Below are positions 1-7,063 of a stretch of 38,363 bases of DNA, in pieces (position 1 is the stretch's first letter; the number at the start of each line of letters is the position of its first letter). The stretch spans positions 1 to 38,363 of the forward strand of contig DCWM01000033.1 in the NCBI GenBank assembly GCA_002335405.1, read 5' to 3'. Source of the DNA: Dehalococcoidia bacterium UBA2162 (GTDB taxonomy: Bacteria; Chloroflexota; Dehalococcoidia; Dehalococcoidales; UBA2162). The notes under the pieces were generated by a model, which saw only the letters and a program-made list of their open reading frames with translations, did not search any database and was not told the origin of the DNA. The translations under genes were made by a program, and so were the position numbers.

Positions 1-1
1 T

Positions 2-466
2 TGCGTTGATTTGTATAAAGAAAACTTTAACCCGGTTTATGCAGGCGAAGATCCAACTTCCGAGGTATTAAATCACAGAGAAAGAATTGAAAAAAGCGAC
101 GTAATAGCTTTAATTGCTCCTATATGGAATTTTAGGATGCCAGCTATTGTTGAAGGCTGGATAGATAAAGTATTAGCTCCGCCTTGGGCATTTACGTTTA
201 AACGCCTTATCGGCAACTATGGTTATCCATTGGGGAATTTAAAAGATAAAAAAGCTATTATTTTTTGTACCTACGGTTCACCGAGACTAGCAATAACAAC
301 ATTTTTTCTTAATTTACCCATAAGAAGATTAAAGAGGGGTGTTTTTCATATTTGCGGAATAAAAAAAATAAGTTATCGAAGATACTTTGCAGTACCTTTT
401 GTTTCAGAAAAGAAAAGAAGATCTTTTTTGGAAGATGTCAAGAAAACAGCAAGGAATATCGGTTAA
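2..466 (+). CDS. Flavodoxin-like fold NAD(P)H dehydrogenase (quinone)/Flavodoxin_2 family protein, 5'-truncated by window edge
   Basis: The frame is open from nt 2 (..CVDLYKENFNPVY..). VDLY-ENF-PV and IAPIWNFRMPAIVEGWIDKV resemble the Flavodoxin_2/NQO-type fold as I recall it. Stop TAA at 464-466. Hand-counted G+C is 159/466 = 34 percent, well below the rest of the window. Confidence 0.6.
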   Translation, partial: CVDLYKENFNPVYAGEDPTSEVLNHRERIEKSDVIALIAPIWNFRMPAIVEGWIDKVLAPPWAFTFKRLIGNYGYPLGNLKDKKAIIFCTYGSPRLAITTFFLNLPIRRLKRGVFHICGIKKISYRRYFAVPFVSEKKRRSFLEDVKKTARNIG

Positions 467-519
467 AATATTTGAGTACCACTTAGGCACCGCAGACTTA
501 ATTTTTCTCAACAGAATCA

Positions 520-563
520 CGACCAGGATTTAAGTAGGGTACTTGACACCTGGTTGTTTTTTT
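520..563 (+). terminator. Possible weak intrinsic terminator after the flavodoxin-fold gene
   Basis: CGACCAGG (520-527) can pair with CCTGGTTG (549-556), giving 8 bp including one G.U, followed by a T7 run (557-563). The 21-nt loop is long and contains the -35 of the feo P1 promoter, so the call is tentative. Confidence 0.25.
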
Positions 564-571
564 GTTATAGT
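543..571 (+). promoter_or_regulatory. Sigma70-type promoter P1 upstream of the feo operon
   Basis: TTGACA (543-548), a 17-nt spacer, then TATAGT (566-571). Confidence 0.5.
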
Positions 572-605
572 TATTGCAAGTAGTTCGCATTTGCAATAAC
601 TATAA
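565..605. promoter_or_regulatory. Perfect 15-bp inverted repeat overlapping the P1 -10 element (operator or hairpin)
   Basis: TTATAGTTATTGCAA (565-579) and TTGCAATAACTATAA (591-605) are exact reverse complements separated by 11 nt. Confidence 0.5.
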
Positions 606-615
606 AGTAGGGTGA

Positions 616-644
616 TTGGTGCCCGCTTATTTTTTTGTCATAGT
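616..644 (+). promoter_or_regulatory. Weaker duplicated promoter-like element P2
   Basis: TTGGTG (616-621), a 17-nt spacer, then CATAGT (639-644), at the same offset in repeat unit 2 as P1 in unit 1. The inverted repeat TCATAGTC (638-645) / GACTATGA (671-678) overlaps it. Confidence 0.3.
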
Positions 645-703
645 CTTCGCAAATGCGAGACATTAGTAATGACTATGAGGGATGAGAGCAGCCTAAGCCG
701 GGT

Positions 704-719
704 GAGTTAGATCTAACTC
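704..719. promoter_or_regulatory. Perfect 16-bp palindrome, candidate DtxR/IdeR-family operator
   Basis: GAGTTAGATCTAACTC is its own reverse complement. The GTTAG..CTAAC core resembles the DtxR/IdeR box (TTAGGTTAGGCTAACCTAA) with one extra central nucleotide. It lies 43 nt upstream of the feoB GTG, and the operon encodes a DtxR-type regulator. Confidence 0.45.
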
Positions 720-761
720 TCAAAAGGTAGTCGGTTAATGGAAATATGGAGGTAGTCGTTA

Positions 762-1340
762 GTGAAGATACGGCAAAGAATACTTAGCGTTTTAGGACTG
801 AGCCATATTCATCATCACGGACATGGAACGCATATTGAGGGTGGCGGTTTCAGAAAGATAGGTATTGTCGGTAACCCAAACGTAGGTAAAAGTATGGTAT
901 TCAACAGGCTTACCGGTCTCTATGCCACTGTTTCTAATTATCCAGGTACAACTGTAGATGTGCCGCGAGGGAAAACAGTCATTGATGGTGAGGAATTCGA
1001 GGTGGTAGATACTCCGGGAATGTATTCTCTGCTGCCAATTACCGAGGAGGAACGGGTGGCAAAATCAATAATATTAGATGAGAAACCCCATATTATTCTA
1101 CATGTGGTAGATGCTAAGAATTTGGAAAGAATGTTACCCCTCACTCTCCAGTTTATTGAAGCTAGATTTCCTACTATCCTGGAACTCAATATGATGGATG
1201 AGGCTGAAGCTGCCGGCATTGAAATTAATGTTAACAAGCTTGAAAAGGAATTAGGTATCCCCGTAGTTGCCACAACCGCCACTACTGGCTGCGGAATGGA
1301 TGCATTACGGAGGGTGTTAGCAGAATATGTTACCCACTAA
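762..1340 (+). CDS. feoB: Ferrous iron transporter FeoB, stand-alone N-terminal GTPase (G) domain with a His-rich N-terminal extension
   Basis: G1 motif GNPNVGKS, then DTPG and NMMD. GTG start at 762 with GGAGG at 748-752 (9-nt spacing). No other canonical in-frame start lies before the P-loop. The His-rich tract HIHHHGHGTH is at nt 804-833. Confidence 0.85.
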   Translation: MKIRQRILSVLGLSHIHHHGHGTHIEGGGFRKIGIVGNPNVGKSMVFNRLTGLYATVSNYPGTTVDVPRGKTVIDGEEFEVVDTPGMYSLLPITEEERVAKSIILDEKPHIILHVVDAKNLERMLPLTLQFIEARFPTILELNMMDEAEAAGIEINVNKLEKELGIPVVATTATTGCGMDALRRVLAEYVTH

Positions 1341-2784
1341 TACTAGACAGCTAGAGTATGACGAGTCACTGGAGTCAGCCCTAGCCAGGATTGATAACTT
1401 GCTTAGAGGTAATTACGGTATCTCTAAAAGAACCGTCGGGCTGTTGCTTCTCCAGGGAGACGCTCAGATGGAGAAACAGCTCAGAGCGCAAGAAGTTTCA
1501 GGCTATGAGTTAATCCAGGAAATCGTATCTCAAACCAGGTCCAGCTATAGTCAACCCATAAGTTACATTATTGCCTTGAGGCAGCAGCAAGAAGTAAAAC
1601 GTATTCTGGAGACAGTGGTAAGTTCAAAAGAGAAGTCGGCCGGAGTATTTGCCGAACGGTTAAGCCGTGTCATGATGAATCCTCTAAGTGGTATCCCTAT
1701 TCTCTTCATTGTTCTTTACTTCGGTCTCTACCAATTTGTTGGGGTTTTCGGAGCCGGCACGATGGTTGACTTGATTGAAAGTACCGTTTTCGGAGAGTGG
1801 ATTAACCCTTGGGTCACCAATCTGCTTACCACCATTATTCCATGGAAGGTTCTTCAGGATTTATTTGTTGGTGAATACGGTGTAATTACTCTGGGTCTTA
1901 GTTATGCCTTTGCCATAATTCTGCCTATCGTGACCACCTTCTTCATTGTCTTCTCCATCATTGAAGATAGTGGTTACTTACCTAGATTGGCGATGCTTAT
2001 TGACCGGGTCTTTAAGGGAATCGGACTTAACGGTCGGGCGGTGATACCAATGGTACTGGGGTTCGGTTGTGACACTATGGCCACCATTGTTACCAGGACT
2101 CAGGAGACAAGGCGGGAAAGGGTTATCACCACCCTTCTCCTGGCTTTAGTTATTCCCTGTTCAGCGCAATTGGGCGTTATTTTTGCCATTCTATCAGGTA
2201 GTGCCCTATCTTTACTTATCTGGGGCGGGGTATTAGTCCTAGTACTATTACTCGTTGGTTACCTGGCAGCTCAGGTCATTCCTGGCAGGAGAGCCAGCTT
2301 TTACATGGAAGTACCACCGCTTAGATTACCGAAAATATCTAATGTGTTGACAAAAACTTATACCCGGTTGCAATGGTACTTTACCGAGGTTCTGCCTTTC
2401 TTTATCCTGGCGAGCGTCTTACTCTGGTTGGGAGAGCTAACCGGGGTTTTTGCTCTTGTCATAAATGTGCTTGAGCCCTTGGTTAGATTCATGGGGCTTC
2501 CTGAGGAGACCTCTATTGCCTTTCTTTATGGCTTCTTCAGGCGGGATTTTGGAGCCGCCGGGTTGTACGACCTGCACAGCGCAGGAATACTATCAGGGAT
2601 TCCGCTGGTGGTGTCGGCAGTTACTCTTACTCTCTTCATCCCCTGTGTGGCACAGATCATGGTGATGCTTAAAGAAAGAGGATTAAGAACAGCACTAGCC
2701 ATCTCTCTCTTTATCCTCCCGTTTGCTTTCTTCGTTGGCTACATTCTTAACCTGATACTCACCACCTTGGGGGTGGTACTATGA
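1327..2784 (+). CDS. feoB: Ferrous iron transporter FeoB, helical plus membrane (gate/permease) domains as a separate ORF
   Basis: The 485-aa ORF starts with a soluble helical segment followed by multiple hydrophobic spans typical of the FeoB C-terminal region. Its ATG at 1327 overlaps the upstream ORF by 14 nt in the +1 frame. Confidence 0.85.
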   Translation: MLPTNTRQLEYDESLESALARIDNLLRGNYGISKRTVGLLLLQGDAQMEKQLRAQEVSGYELIQEIVSQTRSSYSQPISYIIALRQQQEVKRILETVVSSKEKSAGVFAERLSRVMMNPLSGIPILFIVLYFGLYQFVGVFGAGTMVDLIESTVFGEWINPWVTNLLTTIIPWKVLQDLFVGEYGVITLGLSYAFAIILPIVTTFFIVFSIIEDSGYLPRLAMLIDRVFKGIGLNGRAVIPMVLGFGCDTMATIVTRTQETRRERVITTLLLALVIPCSAQLGVIFAILSGSALSLLIWGGVLVLVLLLVGYLAAQVIPGRRASFYMEVPPLRLPKISNVLTKTYTRLQWYFTEVLPFFILASVLLWLGELTGVFALVINVLEPLVRFMGLPEETSIAFLYGFFRRDFGAAGLYDLHSAGILSGIPLVVSAVTLTLFIPCVAQIMVMLKERGLRTALAISLFILPFAFFVGYILNLILTTLGVVL

Positions 2785-2963
2785 AATGTTCCCTTTGTAG
2801 TTATGAATTTCAGGAGACAGAAGCAGAAATTGCCTGCCAGGGTTGCCCCTTGGCTAAGGATTGTCACTTGATAAAGTGTCCTAATTGTAACTATGAGATG
2901 CCTAAGGAACCAAAACTCATAAAAGTCTTGAGAACTTGGAGGAGACGAAATAATGGAACTTGA
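2781..2963 (+). CDS. Small Cys-rich (zinc-ribbon-like) protein in the feo operon
   Basis: 60 aa with CxxC (C3,C6), CxxC (C19,C22), C28 and CxxC (C33,C36), plus a basic tail. ATGA start/stop overlap with feoB and an 11-nt overlap with the downstream regulator. Confidence 0.6.
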   Translation: MKCSLCSYEFQETEAEIACQGCPLAKDCHLIKCPNCNYEMPKEPKLIKVLRTWRRRNNGT

Positions 2964-3615
2964 AGAAAAAGCTGAAGAAATACTGGAGACACTCTGGATA
3001 CGTACCGAGGAGAAAGAAGAAGGGGCCGTTGCTCTAGATGATTTAGGCATCAAGGGAAAGAGGCCAATAGACCAATTACTTAAGGGTGACTACATATCTA
3101 TTTCAGGTAACTGGGTAAGGCTGACTGAGACCGGGCGGCCTGAGGCAAAGAATGTGGTCAGAAGACATCGTCTGGCCGAACGGCTATTGGCTGATGTCCT
3201 AGGGACACGGGATATGCTGATACACGAGAAAGCCTGTAAGTTTGAGCATCTGCTTGACCGGGGGCTGGATGAGAATATCTGTGTTTTACTGGGGCATCCT
3301 AAGGTCTGTCCCCATGGTAGATCAATACCGTCCGGGAGATGCTGCCAACGAGAGCAGACGCAGACGTCAAAGGTGGTGGCTCCCCTTTCGCAGCTAACTC
3401 GAGGGCAAAAAGGTAGAGTAGCCTACATCTACACGCCGGAATCAGACAAGCTCCAGACGCTACTGTCAATGGGTATTCTTCCCGGAACACCGGTTAGTCT
3501 TGTCCAGAGCTTCCCATCTTTTGTTCTTCAAACCCACCAAACACAGTTTGCTGTAGACAAAGGGATAGCCGAGGCTATCTACGTTCGTTTGGTGGCGGCT
3601 GAGACTAATAATTAG
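2953..3615 (+). CDS. DtxR/IdeR-family iron-dependent transcriptional repressor with C-terminal FeoA/SH3-like domain
   Basis: RRHRLAERLLADVLG and LIHEKACKFEHLLD match DtxR metal-ligand positions (H79/E83/H98/C102/E105/H106 equivalents). The C-terminal segment GQKGRVAYI...LLSMGILPGTPVSLV is FeoA-like. Confidence 0.85.
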   Translation: MELEEKAEEILETLWIRTEEKEEGAVALDDLGIKGKRPIDQLLKGDYISISGNWVRLTETGRPEAKNVVRRHRLAERLLADVLGTRDMLIHEKACKFEHLLDRGLDENICVLLGHPKVCPHGRSIPSGRCCQREQTQTSKVVAPLSQLTRGQKGRVAYIYTPESDKLQTLLSMGILPGTPVSLVQSFPSFVLQTHQTQFAVDKGIAEAIYVRLVAAETNN

Positions 3616-3788
3616 GGAAGATCACAGATAAACATCGGGACTGATGTTCCGTTTCGTCAGATCAGCGAACTTATAAGATGTATTTATTACGACCGAATAT
3701 AAAATGGTTGCGCCTGTTTGATAGTATGGGATAAACTAGATGGGTAGTAAACCAAATTCGCTGATTGGGCGAGAAATGGATTGGGAAC

Positions 3789-5099
3789 ATGGCTGAGGTT
3801 CATCCCTTTCGGGGCTTGCATTATAATCAGGCACTTCTTAACCACTGGGCAGATGATGGTTGTCCAGTCTATGACATTATCAGCCCACAGCAACAGGAAG
3901 AACTCTATTTACGAAGTGAGTATAATTTTGTCCGTCTCGAATACGGCCGGGAATTACCTCAGGATACTACCACTGACAACAGATATACCCGGGCCAGGAC
4001 CACTCTGGAGCGATGGCTGGAGAAAAGTGTGCTAGTGGCTGATAAAACGCCAGCCATCTACCTCTATGACCAGTATTTCACCCACCGTGGAAGAGAATAC
4101 AAGCGGCGCGGTCTGATTGCTCGTGTTCGATTGGAAGAATGGGACAAGATGGTCATCCGTCCACACGAAGGGACGATGGCTGAACCTAGGGCCGACCGCT
4201 TAAATTTACTGCGGGCGCTCCAGGCTAATACCAGCTCAATTCTGGCTTTGTTTGAAGACCGTGGCAGACACATTGCTTCGTTATTGGCGGCTCAGGAGCA
4301 AGGTGAACCTCTTCTTAATTTAAGAAAAATCGATGGAGAAGGCCATCGGGTTTGGGCGATCACTGACCCCGAGGTGATCGGGCAAATCCAGAGCTATCTG
4401 GCCGAAGAATCGCTTTATGTTGCTGACGGGCATCATCGTTATGAGAGCGCTCTGGCTTATCAGCGCCAGCAGGTGGTCTCTTCGTCCTCAAGCTTGGGAG
4501 AGGCGGGTTTTAATTTTGTCATGATGACATTGGTTGATTTTACTGACCCTGGGTTGTTGGTTCTGCCGCCTCATCGACTGGTTCGTGGTATTGCTAAACC
4601 GGCTCTGCGTGAATTGATGCCTAATCTCAAGATTTTCTTCGATATAGAAGAGTTACCGCTAAATGTTTCTGCTGTCTGGGAGCAGGTCGATAGTCGTTTT
4701 AACGAGGCGAATGGAGTTAGATTAATCGTCGGTGGGTTGGGGGTGGGGCGGCTGTTTCTCTTGAGTCTGCGCGACCCGGCCGCCATTAGTCCGATGGTGC
4801 CCTATTTCCACTCTGATCTATACAAAAATCTGGATGTTAGCGTACTTGACCATGTCATTCTGGAAAAATTCCTTGGGCTTAGTGGTGACGCGCAGAGTCA
4901 ACTGCTCGGGTATAGTTATGATAGGGAGGACGCGATGAATCGGGTCCTAGCTCAGGAATACCAACTCGCTTTTCTCCTTAAGCCGATTAAAATTGAGACG
5001 ATCAAGGCAATTGCCGATATCCGTGAGCGTATGCCCAGGAAGTCAACGCATTTTTATCCTAAGCTTCCCGCCGGGCTGGTCATCAATCGGCTGATATAG
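3789..5099 (+). CDS. DUF1015 family protein
   Basis: N-terminus MAEVHPFRGLHYN and the YVADGHHRYESA motif are typical of DUF1015. The track ORF begins at 3765. I prefer the ATG at 3789, which gives the family-typical N-terminus. Confidence 0.7.
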   Translation: MAEVHPFRGLHYNQALLNHWADDGCPVYDIISPQQQEELYLRSEYNFVRLEYGRELPQDTTTDNRYTRARTTLERWLEKSVLVADKTPAIYLYDQYFTHRGREYKRRGLIARVRLEEWDKMVIRPHEGTMAEPRADRLNLLRALQANTSSILALFEDRGRHIASLLAAQEQGEPLLNLRKIDGEGHRVWAITDPEVIGQIQSYLAEESLYVADGHHRYESALAYQRQQVVSSSSSLGEAGFNFVMMTLVDFTDPGLLVLPPHRLVRGIAKPALRELMPNLKIFFDIEELPLNVSAVWEQVDSRFNEANGVRLIVGGLGVGRLFLLSLRDPAAISPMVPYFHSDLYKNLDVSVLDHVILEKFLGLSGDAQSQLLGYSYDREDAMNRVLAQEYQLAFLLKPIKIETIKAIADIRERMPRKSTHFYPKLPAGLVINRLI

Positions 5100-5179
5100 T
5101 TGAGATTGTCTCGCGCCACATGGCCGGTAGTTCAAAAATCTTACAAGAGCTCTCTGTTGTTCTGTTTTACTAGTTTAGG

Positions 5180-6070
5180 TTACTGCTTTCTTACTAATTC
5201 AATCTCGAATAACTGGGGCCATAACTTCCCGGTTACAAATAGACGGTTGTTTTTAGTGTCATACGCGATGCCATTGAGGGCATCTGCTGGCATACCACTG
5301 ATTTGCGGTGGTAAAATTCCAGATAAATCTATCCATCCAGTCACACGGCCGCTATAGGGGTCAATAATGGCTATAGAGTCTGTGAGCCACACATTTGCGT
5401 ATATTTGGCCGTCTATATATTCCAGTTCGTTCAGATTGCCTACTGGCTTGTCATTGTCATTAACTTGGATATGACCAATAGTTCTGAAGGTATTGGGGTC
5501 CAGAAAATATAGGGTTGAAGTACCGTCGCTCATGATCAAGCATGTGCCGTTGTGTGTAATACCCCACCCTTCCGTCTCATAGGTGAAATCATGCAATAAC
5601 TCAAAACTATTCTTGTCATAAACGAAACCTTTATTGGATTGCCAGGTTAGCTGGATGATAGTGTCTCTGAAAATAGTAATGCCTTCACCAAAATACTCTG
5701 AGGGAAGTAGATGAGCCTGTAACACATCGCCAGTTCCTAGGTTTACTCTTCGTAAAGATGACTTGCCGTGTAACCCGGTCCCCTCATATAGGGTACCATT
5801 TTCGAAAGCTAATCCCTGTGTAAAAGCATTTCTGTCATGGGTGTAGAAGTTGAGTATCGTAAATGTATAGATTGGGACTGATTGCGGTTTTATTTTGTGC
5901 TTGTCGTCCTCGGTTGTAGGGTGGGTGGCGCAGGAGACAGTAGTAACCACTATCGTCAGTAAAAGGTATCCGAGGGCAAATTTGCTAAATAGTCTACCTG
6001 TAATCACCGGTGCGTAACCCCGTAGTTTCCCGTCGACCACACATAATATCAGATTTACCACGTTAAGCAA
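5180..6070 (-). CDS. Glutaminyl-peptide cyclotransferase (glutamine cyclotransferase beta-propeller type), probably secreted or a lipoprotein
   Basis: FTQGLAFENGTLYEGTGLHGKSSLRRVNL and ELEYIDGQIYANVW match bacterial/plant-type glutaminyl cyclase. N-terminal signal-like RLFSKFALGYLLLTIVVTTVSC. An alternative GTG start at 6007 is possible. Confidence 0.8.
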   Translation of the reverse strand: MLNVVNLILCVVDGKLRGYAPVITGRLFSKFALGYLLLTIVVTTVSCATHPTTEDDKHKIKPQSVPIYTFTILNFYTHDRNAFTQGLAFENGTLYEGTGLHGKSSLRRVNLGTGDVLQAHLLPSEYFGEGITIFRDTIIQLTWQSNKGFVYDKNSFELLHDFTYETEGWGITHNGTCLIMSDGTSTLYFLDPNTFRTIGHIQVNDNDKPVGNLNELEYIDGQIYANVWLTDSIAIIDPYSGRVTGWIDLSGILPPQISGMPADALNGIAYDTKNNRLFVTGKLWPQLFEIELVRKQ

Positions 6071-6226
6071 ATCTAAGTGGTAGGTTCTCTTTTTCTTATG
6101 AAACTGATTTCACTATATTTTGTTCCCATATTGCAAATCCTATACACTTGCAAAGAAATGCTGCGTTAATCAAATGTAAATAGCACTAAAATTATTTATT
6201 GTCTCTGGTGGATAGGATTACCTAGA

Positions 6227-6301
6227 TGGAGCGGGTGATGGGATTCGAACCCACGGCTCCTTGCTTGGGAAGCAAGCACTCTACCGCTGAGTTACACCCG
6301 C
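6227..6301 (-). tRNA. tRNA-Gly (anticodon CCC), CCA encoded
   Basis: The reverse complement is GCGGGTGTAACTCAGCGGTAGAGTGCTTGCTTCCCAAGCAAGGAGCCGTGGGTTCGAATCCCATCACCCGCTCCA. It folds into a cloverleaf by hand: 7-bp acceptor stem, anticodon stem CTTGC/GCAAG, loop TTCCCAA, and a GTTCGAATC T-loop. Confidence 0.95.
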
Positions 6302-6493
6302 TTATGGGTTCATTGTAGGTTATTTGAATGATTTTTTCTAGTAAGTTCGGATTATCGAATTTATTTCCCCTCGTTTAAGCGGTAAGTTAATATTCCTTGA
6401 GTTAAAACCGGACGAGTGGCGTAGACGGGTAATGAATGATAGAATATTTGACGGACAACCGTTGTAGCTGGAATAAGAGAGAATGGTGTAACG

Positions 6494-7060
6494 ATGGATA
6501 TTGCCGACATACACAAGAACTCCAAACTCCTTCTCGACGGCGTCCCTTACAATGTGGTCGAGGCCGATTTTATGAAGCCGGGAAAAGGTCGCGCCATCTA
6601 TCGGCTGAGACTGAAGAATCTGTTTGATGGCAGTGCTCTTGACCGTACCTTCCATTCCGGAGAGAAGGTTGACGAAGCCAATATTAGAGCCGAGGAGAAG
6701 CAATACCTCTATAAGGACGGCGATTACTATATCTTTATGAGTACCGATACTTTCGAGCAATCCTTCATCGCCGAAGAACAACTTGGTGACAAGAAATCTT
6801 TCCTTAAGGATGGTGACGTCGTGAACGTGCTGATGTTAGATGATAGAGCCATCGATGTTACGATAAATACCTTCGTTGAACTTAAAGTGGTGAAAACCGA
6901 GGTAAGTAGTCGGAGTGATACCATTACTGCCCAAAACAAGCAGGCCGTATTGGAAACCGGTTATATTATCAATGTCCCCCCGTTTATTAAAGAAGACGAT
7001 ATCCTTAAGGTTGATACCCGTACCGGAACCTACGTGGAACGAGTCACTACGAAGAAGTGA
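6494..7060 (+). CDS. efp: Elongation factor P
   Basis: 188 aa. The loop FMKPGKGRA carries the conserved modifiable Lys (K34 equivalent). Confidence 0.95.
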   Translation: MDIADIHKNSKLLLDGVPYNVVEADFMKPGKGRAIYRLRLKNLFDGSALDRTFHSGEKVDEANIRAEEKQYLYKDGDYYIFMSTDTFEQSFIAEEQLGDKKSFLKDGDVVNVLMLDDRAIDVTINTFVELKVVKTEVSSRSDTITAQNKQAVLETGYIINVPPFIKEDDILKVDTRTGTYVERVTTKK

Positions 7061-7063
7061 AGT

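Larger units (their letters stand above)
532..677. repeat. Tandem direct duplication of a 73-nt promoter/hairpin unit (532-604 and 605-677)
   Basis: Both units start with AAGTAGGGT. Each carries a T7 run, a -10-like hexamer and an inverted repeat at identical offsets. My ungapped hand alignment gives 50/73 identical positions. Confidence 0.8.

Noticed and set aside
804-833. The His-rich HIHHHGHGTH tract as a cloning or affinity-tag artefact.
   Set aside because: It is not a contiguous His6 tag, no vector-like sequence flanks it, and it is embedded in a native-looking leader with its own SD and GTG. It is treated as genuine sequence.
1320-1345. The FeoB split as a simple pseudogenising frameshift.
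   Set aside because: Not fully excluded. However, the break falls exactly at the G-domain/helical-domain boundary, the downstream ORF has its own ATG inside a 14-nt overlap, and both parts are otherwise intact. I annotated two CDS rather than a pseudogene.
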